Assembly (NCBI GenBank): GCA_902581605.1
Contig: CACHPE010000004.1
Location: 26,901 to 90,900 of the forward strand
Direction: 5' to 3'
DNA from: an uncultured Pelagibacteraceae bacterium
GTDB lineage: Bacteria > Pseudomonadota > Alphaproteobacteria > Pelagibacterales > Pelagibacteraceae
Length of the DNA stretch: 64,000 bases
In this document: piece after piece, positions 23,207 to 31,990 of the stretch
Layout: every line of letters starts with the position of its first letter
Numbering within the stretch: position 1 is the first letter of the stretch
The notes under the pieces: model-generated
Told to the model about the DNA's origin: nothing
The model's input: only the letters and a program-made list of their open reading frames with translations
Database searches by the model: none
Made by a program: the position numbers and the translations under genes

Positions 23207-23785
23207 TTATATCAGTTTTTCTAGCGCTTTTTTTAAATTTTTATAATTTAGAGTTTTTTCGAATTTTTCGTCATTAATAATAATCGTAGGAGTTGCGTTT
23301 ACTTTGAAGTTCTTTGCTCCATCGATTCGATCGTTTAATACAAAATCTTCAATTTCCTTATTATTTATACAAGTATCAAAATCAATACTAAATCCTTCAC
23401 CTTTTAAAAATTTTTGTAAATTCTTATTTGTCTCCTGTATCGAACTTCCTTTTACCCATTTTTGTTGATTAGCGTATAAACTTTCAAGGATATCCGAATT
23501 TCCATCATTCTTACACTGAGAAACTTTAGATGCATTAAAGGCCGCTATGTCTAATGGAAAATGTCTAAATTCTATTTTAGCGAGTCCTGTATCAAGATAC
23601 TCTTCCTTTAATTGAGGATAAACATTTTTATGAAAACTAGCACAATGACTACAAGTTAATGATTCAAAAGCTATAATAGTTATTTTTGCATCTTTGTTAC
23701 CAACAGTTATCCTTTTAATTTCCACAGCCTCTACATTTAAGACTGTAGTAAAAAATATTAATATTAAGAATATAATTTTTTTCAT
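23207..23785 (-). CDS. DsbA-like thioredoxin-fold protein
   Basis: Signal peptide, SLTCSHCASFH, FPLD, ATPT motifs. Confidence 0.88.
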   Translation of the reverse strand: MKKIIFLILIFFTTVLNVEAVEIKRITVGNKDAKITIIAFESLTCSHCASFHKNVYPQLKEEYLDTGLAKIEFRHFPLDIAAFNASKVSQCKNDGNSDILESLYANQQKWVKGSSIQETNKNLQKFLKGEGFSIDFDTCINNKEIEDFVLNDRIDGAKNFKVNATPTIIINDEKFEKTLNYKNLKKALEKLI

Positions 23786-24270
23786 TTCTCTCTAAAAACC
23801 CTGGTCAACTCTGTTAATGATTTTCTAATTTTTTCGTTTTTAACACCTCTAATCTTATCTTGATATTTACTAATTGCCACATTTTTAACTTTTGTTTCAC
23901 CTGAGCCCGTAATTTCATGTTCATCATCAAAACTTATGAATTTTAGCTTTTCAACAACAGAATATCCAAAAAAATTATTCATTTTATCTAAAATATCTTT
24001 TTTAGAATATTCTACGTTAACTTCATGTCCTCGCTTGACCATAACCACTAAGGTACTAACACCAAATTTATTTGAATTTTTAAATGTTTTTGGATAGCAA
24101 ATTTTAAATAATTCGCTTCCAACTAAATATTTCCAATTACTCAGCGTTTCTGAATATACATGACCTTTTTTATTTAATATTTTTTTGACATTTTTTGGCA
24201 AAGTGTCTTTGAAAGATCTTAATCCTTGAATGCTAGCGTTTCTCTGCTTAGTATTATTTTTAGATTGCAT
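23782..24270 (-). CDS. dciA: DciA/DUF721 family protein
   Basis: WKYLVGSEL...KMNNFFGYSVVEKLKF pattern; mutY-DUF721-dsbA-smc synteny. Confidence 0.7.
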   Translation of the reverse strand: MQSKNNTKQRNASIQGLRSFKDTLPKNVKKILNKKGHVYSETLSNWKYLVGSELFKICYPKTFKNSNKFGVSTLVVMVKRGHEVNVEYSKKDILDKMNNFFGYSVVEKLKFISFDDEHEITGSGETKVKNVAISKYQDKIRGVKNEKIRKSLTELTRVFREK

Positions 24271-25257
24271 ATGAAAGATCCAATAATAACAAATAAAATT
24301 CTTAATTGGTATGATTTAAATAAAAGATCTTTACCTTGGAGAAAGAATGTTTCTCAAACAAAAAAGCAATACTACACTTTAATAAGTGAATTTATGTTGC
24401 AGCAAACCCAGGTTGCAACGGTCATACCTTATTTTAACAGATTTATTAAAAATATTCCTACAATTGAAAAATTATCTAAATATGATGATAGAAAATTAAT
24501 TAAACTGTGGGAGGGTCTTGGATACTATTCAAGAGTAAGGAATTTAAAAAAAACAGCTCAAATAGTTGTTAAAAATTTTAATAAAAACATACCTAGAAAT
24601 TTTGAAGATTTAAAGTCTCTTCCAGGAATTGGAGATTATACAGCAAGTGCAATTTCTGCAATTGCATTCAATGAACCAATAATTCCTTTAGATGGTAATA
24701 TTGAAAGAGTGCTAAAGAGATACTTGTTTTTAAATAAACAAGATCAAATAAAAAAAGAAAATTTACACGAGAAGAAAGAAATTTTTGGAACATCTATCAA
24801 AAGGTCTAGTGATTATGCTCAAGCTTTAATGGAATTAGGAGCGCTAATTTGTAAACCTGTTAATCCTAATTGTAAGGACTGCCCATTAGTAAAAAAATGC
24901 AAATCGTTTAAAAATAAAAATTTTGATTTAGTAAAATTTAAAAAAAAAGATAAGGAAACTTTTTACAAGCTAAATGTTTATAAAAAAAATAATCATTATT
25001 TATTAATCAAAAATAACAAATTTAATTTTTTGAAAAATTTTAATATCTTCCCAATGGAGGAAATAAATAATCCTAAAAATTTTGATAAAGATTTGAATTT
25101 AAAAATATCTAATATGAGTATGAATATTAAAATTGAATTTAAAAATAAATATAATTTGAATAAAAATAATTATTGGATTGATCCAACAAAGCTTCAAAAT
25201 TATACACTGCCAACATTTACAAAAAAGATAGTTAAATTTTTAGAAAGTCATAAATGA
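24271..25257 (+). CDS. mutY: A/G-specific adenine glycosylase
   Basis: SEFMLQQTQV, WEGLGYYSR, LPGIGDYTA, C-X6-C-X2-C-X5-C Fe-S motif; start moved to ATG 24271. Confidence 0.95.
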   Translation: MKDPIITNKILNWYDLNKRSLPWRKNVSQTKKQYYTLISEFMLQQTQVATVIPYFNRFIKNIPTIEKLSKYDDRKLIKLWEGLGYYSRVRNLKKTAQIVVKNFNKNIPRNFEDLKSLPGIGDYTASAISAIAFNEPIIPLDGNIERVLKRYLFLNKQDQIKKENLHEKKEIFGTSIKRSSDYAQALMELGALICKPVNPNCKDCPLVKKCKSFKNKNFDLVKFKKKDKETFYKLNVYKKNNHYLLIKNNKFNFLKNFNIFPMEEINNPKNFDKDLNLKISNMSMNIKIEFKNKYNLNKNNYWIDPTKLQNYTLPTFTKKIVKFLESHK

Positions 25258-26393
25258 AAAAAATTGCAATAATTGGTGCTGGAATTTCTGGTTTGTATAT
25301 TGCCAATTTATTCAAAGATCATAAAGATTATCAGGTTACGATTTATGAAAAAAGGAATTCAATAGAAATGGAAGAAGGCTATGGAATTCAGTTGTCAGTA
25401 AATTGTGTAAAGCTTTTAAATAAAATAGGCTTCACTTCTTTCACTGATGAAGAAAAATTTAATCCAAAAAAAATTGATTTTTATGAAATTAAAAATTCAA
25501 AAAAAATTTGTGACTTAGACATTTCAAAATTTAATTCCGAAGATTGTAAATACACAACATTGAAAAGATCAAAATTGCTTCAATTTTTAAATAAACAAAT
25601 AAACGAAAATATAATTAAATATAACCACAGTATTAAACAAATTGTTTACGATAAAGATTCAATAAAATTAATATTTGATAAAAATAATATAACTTGCGAT
25701 TACTTAATTATTTCAGATGGTGTGTTTTCTAAAGGGAAGTTATTAATTTCAACCAATAAATCAAAACCAATTTACAATGATACGATTGCTATTAGGGGCA
25801 GTATATCGAAAGAAAATCTACAGAATATAAATGAAGAAAATATTTCTTTGTTTTTAGGACCTAATTTTCATTATGTTGTTTATCCAATTAATAATGATAA
25901 AAATTTAAATTTTATTGGCATTTTAAAACATAAATTGAATTCAGATGAGCAAGAGAACTATAATCTTTTTAACGAAAGTTCTTTTATAAAAAATATTGAA
26001 TTTAAATTATCTCAAAAAATTTCTCAAAGTTTTTTGGAAAGTCTTCAAAATATAAAATTATTTCCAATATTTGTAAGTAAAAATTTATATACTCCTCCAA
26101 AAAATATATTCCTTGTAGGAGATGCATTTTTTGCTTTTTCGCCTTCATTTGCGCAGGGAGCTTCCCAATCAATTGAGGGTGCTAATGAATTATATGAATG
26201 CTTAATAAATAATAATAATTTTTATGATATCAGATTAAAGAGAGTAAAAATGATTAACAGTAGATCTAATTTCAATCAATTTGCCTTCCATTTATCAAAT
26301 CCAATTATGATCATATTTAGAAATATTTTTTTAAAACTTTTAACTAAAAATAAAAAATTTTTAGAAAGTTATTTGGGTAGAATATATAAATAA
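25254..26393 (+). CDS. FAD-dependent monooxygenase (salicylate hydroxylase-like)
   Basis: IIGAGISG, ISDGVFS, LVGDA...AQGASQSIE motifs. Confidence 0.8.
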   Translation: MKKIAIIGAGISGLYIANLFKDHKDYQVTIYEKRNSIEMEEGYGIQLSVNCVKLLNKIGFTSFTDEEKFNPKKIDFYEIKNSKKICDLDISKFNSEDCKYTTLKRSKLLQFLNKQINENIIKYNHSIKQIVYDKDSIKLIFDKNNITCDYLIISDGVFSKGKLLISTNKSKPIYNDTIAIRGSISKENLQNINEENISLFLGPNFHYVVYPINNDKNLNFIGILKHKLNSDEQENYNLFNESSFIKNIEFKLSQKISQSFLESLQNIKLFPIFVSKNLYTPPKNIFLVGDAFFAFSPSFAQGASQSIEGANELYECLINNNNFYDIRLKRVKMINSRSNFNQFAFHLSNPIMIIFRNIFLKLLTKNKKFLESYLGRIYK

Positions 26394-26397
26394 TTTT

Positions 26398-28056
26398 TTA
26401 TTTATAATATTTTCTTGTGTAAAGTGAAAATTTTGCAAGAAGTTCTTTAGGATGTTTTTTTAGTAGATTTATCATTCCCGCATCTCCACTTTCTAAAATA
26501 TCTTTTCTAAGCTTTTCATAATGTTTTTCTGAGAGCTGAACTTCCGCTTCATCTATTTCTACTCCTCTAGCTATTCCACCGTCTCGCAAAGCACTTTCTA
26601 AATCTATCCTATAAGTTATCTCAAATGATTCACCACATTTTTGGCAATTCTTAGCACCTAGAGTATTTAAAGCTTCACACTTACCACAATTTTTAAAAAT
26701 AGTTTTTTTAACTGGGAATTCAAAATTACATTCACTACAAACATTTTCATCAACTTTACATTCATTTTCACATTTTGGGCATCTTTTAAAATCTTGTTTT
26801 ATTTTTTCATTATTGAAAAAAGGTTTCATTTCAAGTTCTACCCTATCTGCATATTCCTCAAAAATTTTATGTCTTGGCATAATTACGTAAGCGCTTGAGT
26901 CATCATCCTTATCTGTAGATCTAACAACTCTCCCAATAGCTTGTCTGAATGAAAGTTCAGTTTGAGGGTTTGGTAAATAAACAAGAAGTCTTAATCTTTT
27001 TATATCAACTCCTTCACTTATCATTGCAACCGAAACTATCCATTTTTTACTTGAATTTCTAAAAGCGCTTATCTTATCCTCTGAATTAGAGTCATCACTG
27101 TGAACTAGTATAGGCTTTTCACCAGTTAGTTTGAGAAGAATTTTAGACATATATTCTGCAACTTTAATACTTGGTGCTATTACTAAGCCGCCAGCGTTAG
27201 GAATTCTTTGTCTTGCTTCATCTAATTTTTCAATTCCCCATTTTAACATTGTAGCTTGATAACAATTTAAATCTATTCTTCTCTCATCACTGATTTTTCT
27301 CGCAAGAGTATAAAAGTCTAATGATTTTTGTATTGATCTTAAAAGTTTTTTTGGATGCTTTTTTTCATCAACTTTGACACCTTTATCTCCAGAAACAGCA
27401 ATAATTTCATTGTCGAGAACAACTTTAAAATTACCTTCATGTCTATGAAAAAAAACTGGTCTGCAGTAACCAGCCTCAACAGCTTCTCCATATGAAAGAG
27501 TATAAGTACCATTTTGTGGGTGTGTTAAGCTTCCAGTTTCATTTGAATAATAAAACCAAACAGGTGATTTTCCATCTGACCTAATTGGGGTTCCGGTTAA
27601 AACTAAAACATACTTAGAGTCTATAAAAGCTTTATTTGCGCTTATTCCCCAGGCAGCACTCACAGCTGCATGATGATGTTCATCACATATAATTAAAGTT
27701 TTATACTTTTGGCAAATAGCCTGAAAACCATCTAATAAATTTTCAACAGCACTCCAAGTGGAACATACATCAAAGTCATAATCATCAATCTCTCCTGTAT
27801 ATCTCATCATTGTTCTCCCAGTAACTGCTTTAAATTCTTCAGACCATTGTTTAACCACTTCTCTTCTTGGGGCGATTACGATAACTCTTTCAATTTTTTT
27901 TTCGTCTAAAAGTTTTTTAGCAATCATTGACGCACAAATAGTTTTTCCAGCTCCAGGTGCTGCATTTATTAAGAACCTTTTGTCATTTTTTTGAGCAAAC
28001 CATTCTGTAGATTTTTTAATTGCACTTATTTGCCACGGTCTTAACTCAAAGTTCAT
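26398..28056 (-). CDS. SF2 DEAD/DEAH-box helicase (type III Res-like) with C-terminal zinc ribbons
   Basis: LRPWQ Q-motif, APGAGKT, DEHHH, LTGTPIRSD, MISEGVDI, QAIGRVVR; four CxxC pairs near the C-terminus. Confidence 0.9.
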   Translation of the reverse strand: MNFELRPWQISAIKKSTEWFAQKNDKRFLINAAPGAGKTICASMIAKKLLDEKKIERVIVIAPRREVVKQWSEEFKAVTGRTMMRYTGEIDDYDFDVCSTWSAVENLLDGFQAICQKYKTLIICDEHHHAAVSAAWGISANKAFIDSKYVLVLTGTPIRSDGKSPVWFYYSNETGSLTHPQNGTYTLSYGEAVEAGYCRPVFFHRHEGNFKVVLDNEIIAVSGDKGVKVDEKKHPKKLLRSIQKSLDFYTLARKISDERRIDLNCYQATMLKWGIEKLDEARQRIPNAGGLVIAPSIKVAEYMSKILLKLTGEKPILVHSDDSNSEDKISAFRNSSKKWIVSVAMISEGVDIKRLRLLVYLPNPQTELSFRQAIGRVVRSTDKDDDSSAYVIMPRHKIFEEYADRVELEMKPFFNNEKIKQDFKRCPKCENECKVDENVCSECNFEFPVKKTIFKNCGKCEALNTLGAKNCQKCGESFEITYRIDLESALRDGGIARGVEIDEAEVQLSEKHYEKLRKDILESGDAGMINLLKKHPKELLAKFSLYTRKYYK

Positions 28057-28253
28057 ATTTTAGCTCCTTTAAATAAATTACATTTTTTACATATTGCTTG
28101 ACCATTACTTAGAATTGTCTTTCCATTTCTTGAAAACGGAATTTTATGATCTCCTTCAAAATTCTTTTTTAAATTTATTCCACAAAGTTCACACTTATTT
28201 CCTGATAAAAGTGCTAGTATTTTTTTTTGTCTTTTAGAAAATAATCTTTTCAT
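28053..28253 (-). CDS. Stand-alone HNH endonuclease
   Basis: CELC...DHKIPFSRNGKT..SNGQAICKKCNLFKG (McrA-type HNH), 66 aa. Confidence 0.88.
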   Translation of the reverse strand: MKRLFSKRQKKILALLSGNKCELCGINLKKNFEGDHKIPFSRNGKTILSNGQAICKKCNLFKGAKI

Positions 28254-28531
28254 TTACTTATGTAATACTCCGACATGTTAATCTCTGTTACAGGTAAATT
28301 TTTAGGGGTATGACACTTTAAATTTTTATTAATCCTCACCATTATTTTTGCCATACTTGCTGTTTTCTTTTTTATTAAAAAACCTTTTCTTTTAAATGAA
28401 GTGAATGCTCTGTTTGGACTTTGAACACCAAAATATAAAATTGCCTCTAAAATTGATACATTTTCTCCGTTTAACATATACTCCAATAACGCTTCTGAAT
28501 TTCCATATTTTAATTTAGTTTTATTTTTCAT
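28250..28531 (-). CDS. Small winged-HTH-like protein
   Basis: LLEYMLNGENVSILEAILYFGVQ...FKRKGFLI resembles small phage-type HTH proteins; ATGA-coupled on both sides. Confidence 0.5.
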   Translation of the reverse strand: MKNKTKLKYGNSEALLEYMLNGENVSILEAILYFGVQSPNRAFTSFKRKGFLIKKKTASMAKIMVRINKNLKCHTPKNLPVTEINMSEYYISK

Positions 28532-28890
28532 GCAGCTATATCTCCTAGACTATATCCTTTGTAGTATTTCGGATTTTCATTCATTTGATAATCCTCTTCA
28601 AAATTATTTTTTATATTTGAAAATTCATTTATTAATATTTTCCAAGGATATTTTTTAAACATTTCAAAAACATTTTTACTAAAGTAGTAATTATCTCTTG
28701 GATTTAAACTTTCTCCTCTTTCATAATTTTCAAAAATACTTTTCTCAATTATGAAGTCTTTAATTGCTTGTAACTCTTTGGGAGCAACATAGTGTTTACT
28801 TTCATTGTAAGCTGTATCAATAGCTAAATTAATATTAGCAATTTTTCTTAGATCCTGAGGGTTTCTAACTTGTAAATAGTTTTTGTTCAT
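28528..28890 (-). CDS. Hypothetical protein
   Basis: 120-aa ORF heading the operon, ATGA overlap with next gene; no motif recognised. Confidence 0.65.
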   Translation of the reverse strand: MNKNYLQVRNPQDLRKIANINLAIDTAYNESKHYVAPKELQAIKDFIIEKSIFENYERGESLNPRDNYYFSKNVFEMFKKYPWKILINEFSNIKNNFEEDYQMNENPKYYKGYSLGDIAA

Positions 28891-28954
28891 ACAGATTAAA
28901 TAATGTTTTGAACAAAATTTTTCTTGTGAAGTGTTTGTGAATTTTCTTCACAAA
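28881..28954. promoter_or_regulatory. Candidate operator sites in the divergent promoter region
   Basis: TTTGTGAA-N5-TTCACAAA (28934-28954), extra TTGTGAA direct copy (28924-28930), TTTTGTTCA-N19-TGAACAAAA (28881-28917). Confidence 0.45.
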
Positions 28955-29001
28955 AAACCTTAATTTAAATGTAATTTTTTTGTTATTTTAGTTTTACTTT
29001 T

Positions 29002-29475
29002 ATGTTAGCTTCACGGCTGATGGCTGGGTATTCGAGAGAATTTTTATCTATTGAACAAGCACTTAAACAAGTCGTTAAAGATTTGAAAGCTGAAGGTGTT
29101 TTAAAATCAACAGGAAAAACTGAGTCTTATTTCAGAAAATGCAGTGATGAAAATGACACTGATAGATTAATACATCATATTGATAGTGTAAAACTAGATA
29201 TTGAATGCATGAGAAGAGGATTGGGTCATCCATTATTAACTGCTCATCAAATTCAAATTGAGAGAGCCATTGATCAAAATAAAGATATTGATGTTACACA
29301 ATCACTTCTAAGCACAGTTACTAGAATTGGTAGACTTACTGATGTCACAAAACAAGCAATGGATCCAAATAGTCCTAGTGGAATATCTTTTAGTAAGCAA
29401 GAAAAAGATAAAATTTATAAAGCATTAAAAGATGTTGAGGAAAAACTTTCTTTATTAAAACTTTCAATTAAATAA
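29002..29475 (+). CDS. Putative phage-CII-like regulatory protein
   Basis: N-terminal HTH-like segment (GKTESYFRKCSDEND), central xPLL, C-terminal helical hairpin (AMDPNSPSGISFSKQEKDKI); pattern resemblance only. Confidence 0.5.
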   Translation: MLASRLMAGYSREFLSIEQALKQVVKDLKAEGVLKSTGKTESYFRKCSDENDTDRLIHHIDSVKLDIECMRRGLGHPLLTAHQIQIERAIDQNKDIDVTQSLLSTVTRIGRLTDVTKQAMDPNSPSGISFSKQEKDKIYKALKDVEEKLSLLKLSIK

Positions 29476-30165
29476 ATGTATACTTTTTCTTTAACAATTT
29501 TACCTCCATTAATAATTTTGTTTTATTTTATTTTATCTGATCGTTTTAGAGAGCCAAAAGCGATGATAATTAAAACTTTTTTTTTAGGTATTGCGATAAC
29601 AATTCCAGCTGGTTACTTAAATACTTTTATTCTAGATACTTTCGGAAATGGCACTGCATTAAGGGAAGCCTTTTTAAGTGGTTTTGTTGGTGGTGGCCCG
29701 GTCGAGGAAATTTTAAAATTTCTAATTTTATATTATTTTATTCTCAGAGAAAAAGAATTCAATGAACCAATGGATGGAATTGTTTATGGTGTTACTGCAT
29801 CATTAGGTTTTGCAACTTTAGAAAATATTGACTATGTCTTCCATACAAATTGGGGTGGAGTTATAACTGCTGAGGATGTCGCTTTTTATAGATCTTTTTC
29901 AGCCATTCCATTGCATGGATTATGTGGAGTAATAATGGGTTTTAATTTTGGAAAATATGTTTTCACATCAAATCAAAAATATCTGTATTTCTCAATATTG
30001 GTACCAATTTTAATTCATGGTTCATATAACTTTATAGTTGGATATAATTTTATTTTGGCTTTGGTTATAATTATTATTACTTTGATATTTTCTATTAAGT
30101 TTCATTCAAATTTAAAAAAATTACAAAAAGATAAAAAAAACGAAAATGAAAAAAAGAAAATATAG
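29476..30165 (+). CDS. PrsW family intramembrane protease
   Basis: DRFREP, VEEILKF, DGIVYG, GFATLEN, LHG, HGSYN motifs; multi-TM. Confidence 0.9.
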   Translation: MYTFSLTILPPLIILFYFILSDRFREPKAMIIKTFFLGIAITIPAGYLNTFILDTFGNGTALREAFLSGFVGGGPVEEILKFLILYYFILREKEFNEPMDGIVYGVTASLGFATLENIDYVFHTNWGGVITAEDVAFYRSFSAIPLHGLCGVIMGFNFGKYVFTSNQKYLYFSILVPILIHGSYNFIVGYNFILALVIIIITLIFSIKFHSNLKKLQKDKKNENEKKKI

Positions 30166-31678
30166 TTTTTTTAGTTTTTATTTAATTATATTAAATATTT
30201 TAATATTTCCATTCAGCGTAAGCTCAAATGAGAGGTGTATAGAATATTTTCAAACGTTAAAAAGTGATTATGAAAAATACAAGCCAGAATTAAGTCCATT
30301 ATATGAATTTAATGACTTTGGTTTTAAATTTAAGGTTCAATGGAATCCTACCAAAAGAGAATGGGATCACTATCAAGATAAAGATGGATTTTATTATGTA
30401 GGACAAATAACAAATTTAGATATTCAAAATAAAGTGTCAATAAATGATAAAATTATTTCTTATAATGGTAAGGATTTGAGGGATTTGAATTTAAAAAAGT
30501 CAGATGAATTTTCAGATAATTTTAAAGACGATGAGGAAGTAAATTTTGTATTTCAAAATAAAAATTCTTACAATTTATCATTAAAAAAAAAAAAATATGA
30601 TTTACGTGATCCTTATGCAGATTTTTATATTAGATCTTTAACAATTGACGAGGAAAATGAAAAAATTGAAGCAAGAATTTTGCTAGAATCTGCACATGAG
30701 ATATCCGAGGATGATTCAATGTATGAGTTAGCAAAAGAATTATTATTTGATAGAGAGGGAGATAAGATTATTGATACCGCTGACTGTTTTTATAACGTTA
30801 CAGATTGGAACGACGCAAATTTTGCAAATCCGGCATCTGGCTTTGAATTCGCAAAGTTACATTCTACAAATTTTGATACTTATACTAATTGGGTATTTGT
30901 TAAACCATATACTGATCAAATTAAATGGATGAAAGATAATGGATGGTACAATATTTTATACATAGAATATGCTGAAGATGGAGTTCATAAATTCAATACT
31001 GATTTTAAATATCACAACTTTCCTTTTGACAAACAAACTATAGTTTTAAAACTTATTAATGGCATGGACATGAAAGATTCAACTATAAGTCTCAGTGATT
31101 TTTCAAAAAAAAACTTAATTGCTTTTCAAAATTTGAATGATATTTCGGGTTGGGAAATAACTGCTAATAGATTGATATATGGTTCAGAGAAGGATCCAAA
31201 TGCCATTAATCCAAGTGCTACCGTATCTCTTGAGCTAGATATTGAGAGAAAATCAGGCTATTATATTTACAAAGTAATACTTCCAATAATTATTATTTTA
31301 GTAATTTGTTGGGCATCTTTATGGATTTCACCAAGAGAATTGGAATCTAAATTAACTATCACCATAGTTTGCTTGTTATCTCTAATTGCTTACAATTTTA
31401 TTATTGATGGAGAAATACCAAAACTAGAATATCTAACAATAATTGATTGGATTATTCTAGCTTCTTATTTCTATGCAGCATTGCCAAATCTTTTAGGAAT
31501 ATATTTCAATAATTTATATACAAAAAAGAAATTAAATAGACTTTATAAACTTGAACTTTATGCCAAAAAATATGGATTACCATCATATCTAATTATCGTA
31601 TTTTTGATTATTATTTTAAATGTAACCGTAAATAATGAAAATGCCTCGGCGATGTTTGCTTGGATGTCAGGAGGATAA
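30146..31678 (+). CDS. Pentameric ligand-gated ion channel homologue with N-terminal extra (PDZ-like) domain
   Basis: Signal peptide; Pro-loop FPFDKQ; GWEI; pre-M1 R...YYIYKVILP; M2-M3 loop IPKLEYLTIID; four C-terminal TMs. Confidence 0.8.
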   Translation: MKKRKYSFFSFYLIILNILIFPFSVSSNERCIEYFQTLKSDYEKYKPELSPLYEFNDFGFKFKVQWNPTKREWDHYQDKDGFYYVGQITNLDIQNKVSINDKIISYNGKDLRDLNLKKSDEFSDNFKDDEEVNFVFQNKNSYNLSLKKKKYDLRDPYADFYIRSLTIDEENEKIEARILLESAHEISEDDSMYELAKELLFDREGDKIIDTADCFYNVTDWNDANFANPASGFEFAKLHSTNFDTYTNWVFVKPYTDQIKWMKDNGWYNILYIEYAEDGVHKFNTDFKYHNFPFDKQTIVLKLINGMDMKDSTISLSDFSKKNLIAFQNLNDISGWEITANRLIYGSEKDPNAINPSATVSLELDIERKSGYYIYKVILPIIIILVICWASLWISPRELESKLTITIVCLLSLIAYNFIIDGEIPKLEYLTIIDWIILASYFYAALPNLLGIYFNNLYTKKKLNRLYKLELYAKKYGLPSYLIIVFLIIILNVTVNNENASAMFAWMSGG

Positions 31679-31755
31679 TCTGTCTAAAAGATTAAGAAAC
31701 TTTTCACATTAAAAAAAAAAAATAGTTCCTACCTAATAATTAACAAAGGAGGAAA

Positions 31756-31842
31756 ATGATAGACATATATAAACCATATAACCTAATTAAAATTGATTTA
31801 GGTTTTGAGTTAATAACATTAAATAGAAAGGAGATTGTATGA
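31756..31842 (+). CDS. Micro-ORF (28 aa), possible leader peptide
   Basis: AGGAGG at 31747-31752; MIDIYKPYNLIKIDLGFELITLNRKEIV; stop overlaps next ATG (ATGA). Confidence 0.4.
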   Translation: MIDIYKPYNLIKIDLGFELITLNRKEIV

Positions 31843-31982
31843 AAAAAATTGGTTTATTATTAACATTATTGGCAGTTATGACCGCTAGTGCCAATGCAGG
31901 ATATTGGAGATCAACACCAAATATTTTTGGTGGGTATGATATGAAGTATTACAAAGATGCTAGCGATTTTTATAATTGGTAA
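31839..31982 (+). CDS. Small secreted peptide precursor (47 aa)
   Basis: AAGGAG RBS at 31828-31833; MKKIGLLLTLLAVMTASANA|GYWRSTPNIFGGYDMKYYKDASDFYNW; followed by a hairpin. Confidence 0.75.
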   Translation: MKKIGLLLTLLAVMTASANAGYWRSTPNIFGGYDMKYYKDASDFYNW

Positions 31983-31990
31983 TAATCAAA

